Below are positions 48,687 to 61,173 of a stretch of DNA of 64,000 nucleotides, piece by piece. Position numbers and translations under genes: made by a program. Source of the DNA: Squalus acanthias (Eukaryota); NCBI GenBank assembly GCA_030390025.1, contig CM059431.1, forward strand, positions 86,180,001-86,244,000, in the 5' to 3' direction. The notes under the pieces are model-generated. The model was not told the DNA's origin and ran no database searches. It saw only the letters and a list, made by a program, of their open reading frames with translations. Each line of letters begins with the position of its first letter. The stretch's first letter is position 1.

Positions 48687-49860
48687 TATAAATCCAAGTC
48701 CTCTCTTTCTACTTTATTTCTTTCTTTCTTCATCCACTCCAGTTATTATTGGCATTTATGCTACGATATACTGTTTCAGCAGCTTTACATATACACGATG
48801 ACGCTTTATGCTTCACTCATACCTTTGCTCCGGCTGTCTGTCTGCTATTTCCTGATTGATGTGTGTGTGTCATTCATGTATTTCCATTGCATCTCAGGCA
48901 CCTCTCCAATCGAGAGCAGACAAGGAGTTTCTGCATTATTTTGCACTGTCTCTGAAGTGTCACTTGTTTCTCACTCATTATGCGAGTCGAGAATACCAGT
49001 CAGAATATTATTTAAGTACATTGGCCCAACTCAAATAAACATAGCACCAAATTAAAATTCTATGACATGCTCAAAGCAGATGCTGCATCTAGCAATAAAA
49101 ATACAGAATAGTATTTGAAAAGCACTTGTCGCACTGGGCAGGAGGGGAAAAAATGATGAAGAGTATCAGACAAGGATTTTGGATTGGCATAACATTCAGA
49201 CCACCCAGAAAACAGTGGAATACAGCACTGGAAATAAACAGGCCATAAATTTTCTTTTTTAATAAAACTAAATCCAATTTTCTCTCTTTTTGAAATCTGC
49301 TTGCTTCTTAAAGCTACGGATTTCTGCCCGGGGAACAGTTCCAAAGGGGCCAGCAGCACTCACATATCTCCCCCAATTGGCCATTATGTATATATGAACC
49401 CAGATTGAGGGTGTTGGCAGGCTATTTGACCATGGAGGGCTTCACATCTAAGCCCAATCCAAACAATCAATACACTTCAAAAGTAATTAGTTGAGTGAAC
49501 CGCTTTGATTCAAAAATATGATAAGCAATTATATGAACACAAGGATTTAGTTTTACACAGTGATTCCTAATACTGGTAGACAGTGGCCGGAATTTTCTTT
49601 ACCAGGGCGAGTCGGGTGCGGGTGGTCGGCGTGGCAGGTCGCGACCCCGTTGTTGCTTCCATCCTGCTGCAGAAATCGACTTTACGCTAATGGGGTCTAT
49701 TAAGCCCACCCTGCGCGTTACCCAGCCCTATTAAATGGTGCGGGCCTGATGACATCATCGATGACGCATTTTCAGCTGGGATATTTAAAGGAGCCATGGC
49801 CACATTGCATTTGAAGGTTCATCTAGGAGTGTGCAGTCACTGGAGCAATCAAAGCCTCCA

Positions 49861-51258
49861 ATGCAAACAGTTGGAGACCTGACTGCATAGAGGCAGAGGG
49901 CTGCATCCAGGTTCTCTGATGACTCCCTCCATATGCTTGTGGAGGGAGTCAGAACACGCAGGGAGGTCCACTTCACTTCCAATGGGCGGAAGAGACCTCC
50001 CCAGGAGACCAAAACAGCCTGGTTGGAGATTGCAGAGGAGGTCGACAGCAGGGATATGTTCAGGAGGACCTGGGTGCAGTGCCGCAAACACACATCTCCG
50101 CAACCTGGTGACAGAATTACATATCATACAGCTACATGGCATACATAATTCACTCATATAGGGACTGATGTCATCAGCCAGTGAATGGTTATCATGTGCA
50201 TAATGTTATCTGTACCCATTCTTCATATGGCATATCCACCTCATCTCTTTATTCTCCCACAGGTCCATCAAGCGCCCCCCCACCCCACCACTGTCAGGAG
50301 GAAGAGGAAGATGACCCCTCAGAGGAGCCTCCAGCCTCAGAGGGCGTAGTGTCACCAGACATAATGCACCCAGCACCAGCGCAGAGACGCACACCTCAGT
50401 GGGTCTCACGCGAGATAGAGTACTGTTGTCACCGGGTCTGTCACAAGTCACAAGTGAGCAAGAGCAGATGGCGGAGACAAGGACAGCAGTGGAGACTTCT
50501 CGCTGGAGGGCACAGGACGCTCCCAGCTCTGCTCAGCTGCATGCAGACGCTGAGCCTCTGGGGCCATCCAGAAAGAGGGCAATCCTGGAGGTGCAGGAAG
50601 AAGTGCAGGGGGCTCTGACAGGTTTTGCGACCGCAATGTCTGCAAATGTTCAGAGAATGGAGCAGTCCATCTCCAACATGAGCACCACCGAGTCACAGGC
50701 AATACCGACTGTAGGCTCTTCCATGGATAGGATGGCCACCTGCATGGAGCAGCTAATGCGCCACTCACAGGAGCACATGGTCTCTATGGAGAATAGATGG
50801 CTATCTATGGAGCATAGATGGCAGAGGCTCATAGGCCTCCTCTCTAGGTGGGATGTCAGCATAGACATGGGTCCTCATGGCCCCACTGATGTGCAGCAAG
50901 TTGCTCTCCAGCTCCTTGCTAGCAGGGAAGTGCGGGTGGCCCACGAGAGGGGTGATGGTGAGAAGAAACATGGAAGTGGGGGCTCCTCTCAAAGCACTTA
51001 AACTTCTCCCTCATTGCCACCCCCTCAGTCAGAGCCCTGATGCCTCCTCGGACAGTGATGGCCGAGTCTGCACATGTACAGTCGCAGGAGGAGCAGACTT
51101 TGGCGGGGCCATCAGCGGCTCCAAAACCCAGAGGACGTCTGCCAAGAGTGTCTAAGCAGTCGCAGCAGGGAAGTGAGCAGGCTGCCTCTACCTCTGCTGA
51201 AGCCATAGGGGTAGCACCTCGTAGAAGCACATGTAAGAGAAAGATGACAGATAAGTAG
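49861..51258 (+). pseudogene. Harbinger Myb/SANT-like (NAIF1-related) gene, decayed
   Basis: RQRAASRFSDDSL...AWLEIAEEV...RTWVQCRK; last exon begins after ctcccacag at 50262; homologous to the ORF at 62161-63218; frameshifts and stops present. Confidence 0.85.
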
Positions 51259-51599
51259 ATTCACAAGGGTAGCCACTTGGGTGTTTTATTCAATGTTTAT
51301 GTCAAGTTTCCGTAACTGTAATGTCAACCATAAAATTTTTATTTACACCACTTTGGACAAATTTGTGTGCACCTCTGGAAGTGGCTTAGTGAGTTGGAGT
51401 GAATAGTGAGACATAACGGTACCTCCAGCAATGGTGGTCAGTGTGAAAGGAATGGCTTGGTAAATGTAGGGATCCTTTACGGTGCTGCTGTAGGGTGGTG
51501 CCAACCTGGCGCAGCATGTGGCAGCCATATAAGTGTACTGCGTAACGTTAAGCAAATCTGGCCATGATGGGGCCATCCCTGGCCTCCCAGGCAGCAATG

Positions 51600-52770
51600 T
51601 GCTCGGGTGCTGGTGGGATCTGGTCTGCAGGTTCCTCCAGCTTCTGCTCCACCTTGTCTTCCAGCTGATGCTCCTCCTCCTCCTACTGCTCCTCCTCCTC
51701 TGAAGAGGCTGTGCGCTCAGTGCCTTGCTCCTCATGCACCGCTAATCCTCGCTGCTGCGCTATGTTGTGCAGGGTGCAGCAGACCACGACGATTCTGGAG
51801 ACCCTGGCTGGTGGGTGCTGAAGGGCTCCTCCAGATCTGTCAAGGCATCTGAAGCACATTTTCAGCATGCCTATTGTCTACGCTGTGACACATCTGTTGG
51901 AGATGTGGCTTTCATTGTATCTCTCCTGGGCCTTAGTACTTGGTCCCCTTAACGGTGTCATGAGCCACGTCTTCAGTGGATAGCCCTTGTCTCCAAGCAG
52001 CCAGCTGGAAAGTTTGTTTGGAGGAGTGAAGAGCTGAGGGAGGATGGACTGGCGCAGGACGAAAGAGTCATGGCAGCTCCAAGGAAATTTGGTGGAAAAA
52101 TACATGATGATCTTCCTATGGTTGCAGACCAGCTGCACATTGAGGGACTGGAAGCCCTTGCAGTTGACAAAGACTCCTGGGTACTGATGGCCACATGTGT
52201 GCAGTCGATGATGCCCTGCACCCGTGGGAAGCCAGCCAGAGTGGCAATGCTGAGTGCCCGCTCAATAACACTGGCTTCATCAGTGGCAAAGTTGATATAA
52301 TTGGCTGACTTGGCAAACAGGGCATCGGTGGCCTGTGTGATGCATCTGTGGGCGGCCAACTGCGAGATGCCACAAATGTCTACTGCAGATCCCTGGAAGG
52401 AGCCTGAGGTGAAGAGGTTGAGGGCGCTGGTGACTTTGACAGCCACTGGTAAGGCATGTCCACCCACTCCTCTGGGCTGCAGGTCTTGCTGCAGCAATGT
52501 GCAAATGTCTGTGATGACCTGGCATGACAGCCTGTGTCTCTTTTGGCAATGCTACTCAGTCCTGCTGAGGAAACTCAGCCTCTGCCTGTATGCCTTGTGT
52601 TGGGGGTATCGTCTCCGGCGAGGTGCAGCCCTGCGCTGATGCCCTTTGTCCTGTGCAGCATCAGGTGGCTGAGGAGAAGGTTGGTGGTGTTGTTGTTCGT
52701 GCTGATGGTGTTGAGGCTCATCATGGTCCAATTCTGAGGACCAAGGTGAGATAGTATAAATGGCATCCAT
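51600..52770 (-). pseudogene. Harbinger DDE transposase (HARBI1-like), frameshifted
   Basis: [31 protein letters not shown]...LMTP, ERYNESH and FRCL...CCTLHN motifs; acidic tail. Confidence 0.92.
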
Positions 52771-53304
52771 GCTGATGGAATAGATGGCATCTCAAGTAAA
52801 GATGAGAGAAGCAATCTGTCAATGGTGTGATAGGTTGTACCAATGAGGTGAGACTGGATGGCGACTTTGCTGGAAAGACTTGCAGCCTGTAGAAAGTTAA
52901 ATGTGTGCTGGGAATGCAGTCAACAACAGCTCTGTCTGAAGAAAGTGACCAGTTGTGAGGTGGGTGCTTTTATAGTACATTTCATGCTGTCATCTAATCA
53001 GCTGGAGCAATGGCCAGGTTGACAGACATGGTTCCCGAGCTATGTGAATCCTGTGGGCAGCCAGGGAAATTTGAAAGGTAGGCTGATGAAGGCACTTAAG
53101 GGTCGGACAAGTATCTGTTAATGATTTGAATTAGGTCGCCCACGTCTGCCGGTTGGGTCGCTGCCGCACCGGCAAACGCGCCCGAGGGAAAGGTGCTTGG
53201 GGCGGGATGTTGCCGGGTTCCCAACCAGCAAATTATTTCAAATTTCCCACCTGACCCGCCTCCGATCGCACCCACATGGACCCCAGAAAATTCCGGCCAG
53301 TGTG

Positions 53305-53545
53305 TCTGGTAGACTGAGTTCAGTTGCTATGCTTCTAACTGTCAATCAGCCAAGGTTTCCACTTCTGATGGCTGTCCAGTGACAGATGCTGGAGGCCGCA
53401 AGTCCTGCTGCCGTATATCAGCTTGACAAAACATTTCTTGCCTTGGCTTACACATCGGGAATGACCATTTGGCTGAAGGATCAGAGAGCTGCCAGTAATT
53501 CTGCATCATCATAGTTCACTACCTTCAAAAGATAAGGAGAAAATA
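53305..53545 (+). mobile_element. AmnSINE2-like SINE (degenerate)
   Basis: AATCAGCCAAGGTTTCCACTTCTGATGGCTGTCCAGTGAC...GGCTTACACATCGGGAATGACCATTTGG. Confidence 0.55.
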
Positions 53546-55646
53546 AATAACAACTGTCAGTAGCACCAGCTCTAATACTAATTATAGGATACAATTCTAT
53601 AATTCTTTTAGTTTTAGCTTGTAGTTATCCAGTGCGCAATGGCACAAAAATGTATTTTGTTTGTGCAAAGCAGTATTAAGTGCTAATGGGTAAATGTGCA
53701 ACTTTTAGTTCATATTTTCTCCCATATCTTTCTGCAATTCCCCAACCATTTTGATAACAGAACACTGGAATGAAATGGTCACATGATTCTCCAGAAGTGA
53801 AGATCATCCCTTTCTCTCAACCCAACCCGACTAACTTTTCCCCCCGCCCCCACCTTATAGTAAATAATATTGCAGAAATGGCTTCAGTGCCGTTCAGGAC
53901 TATTGGGACAGGAAACTTCATATTGTTTCTCCTTTTAAACAAATACCTAAAAATATAATTATCTACACTGACATCTTCAAGCCTATCCCCTGAGGAACAC
54001 ACATAGGTTTTGCTCTGCTCCATGCTGAAAAATGAATAGAATACTGTTGCTGGTACTTGTAGTGCCGAATACATTGATATTTTCCCCTGTCCTGTTTAAT
54101 TCTTTGGGTTAGAGCACCAAAATCGGTGGTAGCATTGATGGCTGGAGAAGGAAATAAATTAAAAGTGGGTGTGATGAAACAACAGGACAGAAATATAAAG
54201 TTACTCATAAAATATTGGATCATCGTCTTTTATAACTGTGGCAGAGAGTTGGTTAAAAAGAAAAATCGCAATTACATCCAGGGCTCTTCATAACTTAAAT
54301 ATACAAAGACACTAAAATACATTTTATGTTTTGTCTCATTATTCCTGGATAATCACTTTTCTGCCTGCAGCATTCTGGTCTATTTGACTCCTCCGTTCCT
54401 CTAGCCAGTTTAATCTTTGCAGGCTTCCGTTGCTTCTTCTCAGCTCAGCTTGCATGTTTCTAGGCCTGCTGTATATCAACTTGCAAAAATAAATGTCAAA
54501 TAATGAAGCATTGGATTTCAACAGGACAGTAGGTCTGCTCAGTGAAAATGAAAGTCAGTTTGGTTGTAGGAAATTAAATTGTCATCCTGTGGTTATCACT
54601 GAGGCCTTATTCCTGGCTACCGCTGCAATTATAGAGTTCCTTTATCAGATTAAACTTCAGCTTTAAGTCAAAGGTCAAACTACATTTTCATCATTGCAAT
54701 CTCTTCTCATCAAGCAGGAAACTGTATCAGTTGAGACATGCAAAAACCAGGGGGGAAATGAAATTGAGCAAAGCTGTTTAAAAATCAAAATCCTTTCTAC
54801 AAGTCATTTCAGCCTTCTTCCGCTGTCCCTGATTTCTTATTACAGTAACATAAGCAGTATACATCTGTTCCATGTACTGAAAAAAGTATAATTCATATTC
54901 AATAAAACACACTGTGGTGGTGAGCAGAACCATGCAATTTAACTTAACTATTAAAACGGCAAGGCAGGTTTGAAAGATTTTTTTTCTCCACTTGCATTCT
55001 AGTCATTAAAATAAAAGCTAAAAAAACTCCATATAACATCTCAATTACCTCTTTAAATGTAACCAGGTGCACAAAGAGGAAATCTCAAATTGAAAAGGAG
55101 CCCAGCACATGCTATATAGCCAAACCATGGACTCGAAGTTTTAAAAAGCATTGCCTTCTGTGCACATGGATGTGTGTATGTGTGAGGGGTGAGAAGGAAG
55201 GGGGCTTCAAATGTTACTGTCCAGGTGTGTGCTCTGTTATTCAGTGCAGCACAAGTCACCAATATAAATCTCGCACCTGTTATAATAACCTGTGAATTTA
55301 AACATGAGCCACAGGCTGCATTACAGACATGGGCAAAGAGATTTCCTCTGTGTTGTGTGCAGTAAAATCAGGAACGTCATTTTATATATAATATATTAAA
55401 AGTCTTCTATATAGTGTTCACTTACTGTATGCATCACACTTACTTCCTGTAACACTTTCTTTAGCACTATCCGACCACATTTTTGATAACACCCCGTTAT
55501 CATATTCTCTGACTCACTGTGAGCAGTATCATTTATTAAAAATGAAGCACATAATTGTTATGTGACAAAAATGGAATTTAAATGGGAGGAGACTCTGACA
55601 AAGACCAGTTAGGCCGAATGGCCTGTTTCTGTGTTGTAGACTCTAT

Positions 55647-56953
55647 GGGCTGAATTTTAATGGGGACGGCGAGTTGGGGGCAGGAGGGCTCCGAGGCGGT
55701 CGGAATACCCGGGAGAACGGGTTTCCCGCAGGCCCTGCTGAATTTAATGGCAGGGCCTGATTTGAATGGGAAGCCTCTGTTTCCCACCTGCAGCCAGCCA
55801 GCTGGAGAGGCTGGCTGGCTCCGGGAGGGTAGGCCTGTGGCACTGGGCCACACAGAGGAGGGAGGGAGGGATCGCGTGGGGACCGGGAGATGGCAAAATG
55901 ATCGGTGCGGGTAGAAGATCAGGTGGGGGCTGAGTAGAAGATCGATGTTGAGTAGAAGATCGGGGGGGGGGGGCCATGTAGAAGAGCGGGGGGTGGGGGG
56001 AGCTGCATAGAAGATCGGGTGGGGTGGGGCGAGTAGAAGATGGGGGGGCCGAGAAGAAGATCAGAGTTCAGGGGGCAGATTGAGAGGCTGGCTGGCTCCG
56101 GGGCAGGTAGGCCTGTGGCACTAGGCTGCACAGAGGGAGGCATCGCGTGGGGGCTGGGGAATAGCAGCAGCAGGGGTTTGCCAAATGAGGATCGGGGGCT
56201 GCAGGGAGGCAGGGGGGGGGTTTCGATAAGAATCAGAGGCTGCAGGGCGGTGGGGTGGTGGGGGTCCGATGAGAATCGGAGGCCGCGGGGTGGCGGGGGA
56301 TCCAATGAGCATCAGGGGTGGCAGCAGCCGTATGGGGGGGTCCAATGAGGATCAAGGGGCTGCGGGGATGCAACAGCAGCGGGGGGGGATGTTGGAAGAA
56401 GATTTGGGCTGGGAGCAGCACAAGAGCGGGAGTCTGAAGGGATGATGGGCCGGGAGCAGCACAGGGAGAGCCGAAGGAGTAGGGTGGGGGGAGACCTGGC
56501 GGGGTGGGGGGTGGGGAGGTTATCGGAGGCCTGGGGGGTGATCGGAGGATTGTGGGGGGCAGGTCTCCGATCGTGGGGGGTAGGTTAGGCAGGAATCCTG
56601 GAGACAGGAGGTAAGTGTAAAGGGACTTACTTCCTAGATCCAGCAGTCCTCGCCTTGCATTAGCTGACAGGTTTCACGAGGTGTGCAAAACCTGTCCAGC
56701 TAAAGCTAAATACAAAATGAAGGTTAAAGAAGAGGCTTCCAGCCTCATTATAATATTGAAATAGATGACCCGCCTCCTAGCAGCGGGTTGGCTGCCCGCC
56801 ACCACGCTCCCCCACCCCCCCCCCCCATCCCACCTCCGTTAAAACCGGAAATGGGCGGATTGGTGGCGGGTTCAGGTCAGGATTCCAATTTTTAACATTT
56901 TAACTACCCCCATTCCCCAAACCCACCTGTTTTTTTTGGTTAAAATTCCCCCC
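55647..56953. mobile_element. Harbinger-type non-autonomous element with G-rich repetitive interior
   Basis: TIRs GGGCTGAATTTTAA and TTAAAATTCCCCCC; TAT TSD; GTAGAAGATCGG and CCAATGAGGATC units; about 75-bp internal duplication (near 55805 and 56082). Confidence 0.85.
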
Positions 56954-57036
56954 TATTTCAGTCATCATAAATCAGCGAGCTTCATAATACATTATGCATT
57001 ACATGTTATAATACTATTGCATGTTAAAACAACCTA

Positions 57037-57796
57037 GGGGAAAAATTGGGTGGTGCCCATTTTGAGTCGCCAATGTCGCTGGGACACTAATTTTAACACC
57101 CCGAAAAAGTTAGCGCCACTCCCCCATAAATTCAGTAGTAGCGCCCCAAGAAGGAGGTGGAGTGCTACTGGAAAGCGCTCCACCTCCTTCTTGGGGTGCT
57201 ACTACTCAATGTCGCGGTGCTACGTGCAGCATCACCACGCGCAGCGGCACGTAGCGCCGAGTCATTGCAGGCCTCCTCCCCTGATTAAAGGGGAGGGGCC
57301 TAGCGCTGCGCGCACCAGGGCCCTGCCGGACCACCGGGGAGCGGGGTGCTGTGGAAACAGCCCGGCACTCAAGAGGAGTGCTGGGCTAAGCGATTGCGGC
57401 TGGCACCCCATAGAGAAATGTTAAAGGTGGGCAGGTGCTGGCAGTCGGTCAAAATAAAAATGGCTGCCCGACACCTGCCCTTCAAGTAGCGCCGCCGCAC
57501 GCTACCAGCACTGCAAAACTGCCCCCTGATCCTGTCGGTCCCATCGCCCAGCGATAGATCAGGGGGTGCAAGGGAAGTTTGCGGCCGGGGTGCAAACAGG
57601 GCGCTGCGCACAGCGATGACATCATCATCACCGGCACACTTGAGTGAGGCACTACCGGCTACCGCCGCCGCTAACCTCCCACTGAATTTCGCAGGCGGTG
57701 TTAGCGGCACCACGCCCGGGCGCTAGGGGATTTGCACTCCGTTAGCTCCCCGTGGGGTTACTAACGAGAGGCGCAAAGCAACCCAATTTCTCCCCC
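57037..57796. mobile_element. Harbinger-type MITE (family C)
   Basis: TIRs GGGGAAAAATTGGGT and ACCCAATTTCTCCCC; flanks CTA/CTG. Confidence 0.85.
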
Positions 57797-58552
57797 CTGA
57801 ATTATTGTGAAAGGCACCCTGGGGTCACTGTTGGTATGCCATTAACAATGGTGCAATTATGTGTGTTTGATCAGATCATACATCCCCATCACCTTTAACA
57901 TCACATTTTTTGACTTTTTAAAATTAAAAAAAAATTCAAATCAGGACTCAAAATTTTGTACCAATCTTGTCTCTGCCCCAAAACTTAACCAAAGAAATTG
58001 CACAAAATACTTTTATGATCATTTTCTCAATGGTCAATATTTTTCCTGCTCAGCATACTGATAATAGGCTCAAAATAAGAAAAAGCTGATTACATGAGGG
58101 GACTGGGAAGGGGAGGGGTGAAGAAGAGACAGGAATTTACTGAAATAAGCTGCACTTACCCCATCCAAAAATATCCCATTAGGTACCACTCCATAAAGTA
58201 AAATATATTTCCAATGTGGTTTCAATTTTTTTTGGCAAAAGGAGATGGCTTAACATTCATCTTACCTGGCAGTATTAATGAGTCAGTAGTCATGAAAACT
58301 ACACAACAAAAGACTCAACATATGGAAGAAGCTTCTCTGAAAATAACACGGATTGTTATGTGTAAGGTTTCCCCCAGATGCAATACCTCAGTGGTAAAGT
58401 ACCAGATAATAGTATGGTAGAGGACCGGTATTGTATTCAGTATTAAATTAATTCTTCACATTGATCTTCACAATTATACACTGTAGACAAATTTTGGGTC
58501 TAGACATATAGCTCTACAACATGCATAGACAGGAGTTATGAAGAAACTCAAT

Positions 58553-59261
58553 GGGCCAGATTTTACTGTGAGTGGTGAAATGAATGATACCTGCCATTCA
58601 TTAGAGATGCTCTTGACATTTCATTTCTACGCCCTTTTGCACTGGAAGTTGCTATAAGTTAGAGATCCAAACAGTGCAGTGCCCTCACAGGGCATCTGGG
58701 ACCTGTGTTAACAGGGCAAGTAACGATACATGTTCTTAACCAATCAGACTGAAGAACTGTTAATGAACAGTGCAGAGTCTGAACCAGGAAGTTAGAATAG
58801 TGAATTTAATGTCAAATCAGGTACTTAAAGCAAAATAAAAAGAAGGAAAGAAAGTTTAGATTAAGATAGAGAGAAAAAAAGAGATAGAAAGGAAAAGTTA
58901 AAAAAAAAATACTTAAAAAAAATCTCCAATAATAATTAAAATCTGAAGGAATGAGTCTCCACACTTGTAAACATTAATTTTCAGTGCCAGAGAAGTTGTT
59001 AAGCAATAATTAAGACTTACCACACCATTAAAAGGTACTTCAACTGGAATGGACAAGCCCTAACTTTTTGTGGCAAGTTTGGTCCGTATCTACGACATCA
59101 GTACAGGAACTTCACGCCATTCAATACATTTGAAAGGGGAGCCAAATGGCGAGATGCCGTATCCATGCAGCTTACGGAGGAGTGGCACATCTCGGACAGC
59201 AACTTCCGGACTTTTGTGTTTAATGGCACATCATCATTATTTTCACACCAAAATCTGAGCC
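58553..59261. mobile_element. Harbinger-type MITE (family A), uninterrupted
   Basis: TIRs GGGCCAGATTTT and AAAATCTGAGCC; AAT TSD; inverted homolog of 7533-9069. Confidence 0.85.
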
Positions 59262-59939
59262 AATGAATGAAACATGTACATCAAACCTGGGTCACCCTAT
59301 TTCTTCAAGGGGTTGAAAGTGGACTTTGAATTAGGGTAAATATTTTTAAGAATTCCATCAATAAAGGTGCTATAGGGATAATCCCACACTCCCAGTTGGA
59401 AGCCTTACTTACAGAGACTGCAAGTTGGAGAATCACGGCTACAATGGTGTAGCCCCATTGCCGATCTGCACTCCCTTTTAGTGTGGCTTTCTCCTGGGAT
59501 TGCGACGATAGCAGCATTGCTCCTTATAGTAGCATTGCCCCTTGTAGCTGCAAACTCCACAACACCAATCAAATATTTTCCTGTTATTCAACAAAGAAAT
59601 AAGGCATAAACTGTGAATTATAGACTGGTTTAGCGGAGAAATAACAGCATTTAATAGAATACTATCAATGTTCATCTAAAGAGCACACAAGCCATAACAA
59701 ATGGTCAGCATAGGCTTACAGACACCAATAGTGCCTCATCAATCTACTTGATTCCTTTGAGGAGGCAGCTAACTTACACCCAGAGCATAGAATCCTCTTG
59801 GTTTCCTAGAGGCATCTGATAAAGTTCCACATATGAGCTTTGTAAAGACTTTATACTGCTTGTGCAATTACTGCCAAATTAGTTAATTGGATGAAAAGCA
59901 GTAGATGTTCACAAAGAAAGAATTTGGATTGATAAAGTA

Positions 59940-60125
59940 GCTTATTGCATCCTCAAGGCATCAAAAAGTGTATCACTGCTACTGAAATACACATTGTTAT
60001 ATAGGCAAATACCACAGCTAATTTATGCAGAGCAAAATCCTACTAACAGGAAATGAGACAAATAACCAGTTAATCTGTTTTTGCTGGTGTTTGAGAAAGG
60101 AGTGTTGGCCAGGACACCAGAGCTG
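59940..60125 (-). mobile_element. Degenerate Deu-domain SINE
   Basis: GTTGGCCAGGACACC and ACCAGTTAATCTGTTTT are reverse complements of the SINE body. Confidence 0.65.
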
Positions 60126-60559
60126 CGGGCTGGCAGTGACCAGTTGAGTTCCACAGCATTCTTTTTTGCAGCTTCTGTTCTTTTCATTTATCTGCAGGAA
60201 AGAATGTCTTGTCATATTAAAGCATTTGCTGAAGACTTGAAGTTATGCTGCCAAATGCTGAATATGAGAAAGATTCAAAGGGAACCAAACCAATTATGCA
60301 CTTGGGCAACAGAGTGGGGTTCTGTGTAAATAAAGGTAAGGTCATGCATGTTGAGCCAGGAAACATAAATTAAGTGCATGATGAAAGGAACTTCATTGGC
60401 AACACTCAGTTCTTGAGGATTCTGCAATTTACCTCAAGAAAATGTTATCACAAGGTTAAAGTAAATTAGTTTAATCTTGTGTAAATTACAACTTGAACCA
60501 TCTAAGTTTAAGAACACATGAAGTACATAAGAATTAGGAGCAAGAGTAGGCCATTATAA

Positions 60560-61173
60560 TAATCGAGAAACAATAGCGGTGTGATTACACTACTAGGTGT
60601 ACTCTATAGGCCGCCAACTAGTGGGAAGGATATAGAGGAGCAATTTTGTAGGGAAATTACAGAGAGGTGCAAGAACTATAGAGTAGTGATAATGGGGGAG
60701 TTCAACTAGCCTAATGTAGACTGGGATACTAATAGTGTAAAGGGCAGAGAGGGGGAAGAATTTCTGAAGTGTGTTCAGGAGCACTTCCTTGATCAGTAAG
60801 TTTCCGGCCCAATGAGAAAGGAGGCATTGCTGGATCTGGTTCTGGGGAATGAAGTGGGCCAAGTGGAGCAAGTGTCAGTAGGGGAACATTTAGGGAACAG
60901 TGATCACAGTATCATAAGCTTTAGGTTAGCTATGGAAAAGGATAGGGAGCAATCTAGAGTAAAAATACTTAATTGGAGGAAGGCCAATTTCAGTCGGTTG
61001 AGAATGGATCTGGCCCAGGTAAATTGGAATCAAAGAGTGGCAGGCAAAACTGTAATAGAACAATGGGCTACCTTTAAAGAGGAGATGATTTGGTTACAGT
61101 CGAGGTACATTCCCACGAGGGGGAAAGGTAGGGCAAACAAAGCCAGAGTTCCCTGGATGACGAAAGAGATAGA
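60560..61173 (+). mobile_element. CR1 ORF2 endonuclease fragment, interrupted by a Harbinger element
   Basis: LGVLYRPP, ALLDLVL, GNSDHSII and VPWMTKEI motifs. Confidence 0.9.

Larger units (their letters stand above)
49585..53298. mobile_element. Full-length decayed PIF/Harbinger transposon with two convergent genes
   Basis: Perfect 13-bp TIRs GGCCGGAATTTTC and GAAAATTCCGGCC; AGT TSD; Myb/SANT gene on the plus strand and transposase on the minus strand. Confidence 0.95.

Noticed and set aside
51600-52770. Host HARBI1 gene
   Set aside because: It lies between TIRs with a TSD and is frameshifted, so it is a transposon copy rather than the domesticated gene.
55578-56421. Pro- or Gly-rich ORFs
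   Set aside because: By-product of a G-rich low-complexity tract that lacks stop codons.
59478-59675. Cys-rich peptide CCGVCSYKGQCYYKEQCCY as a toxin or defensin
   Set aside because: No recognisable signal peptide or cysteine framework; it arises from a short local duplication (GCAATGCTAC/GCAATGCTGC) and another frame is also open.
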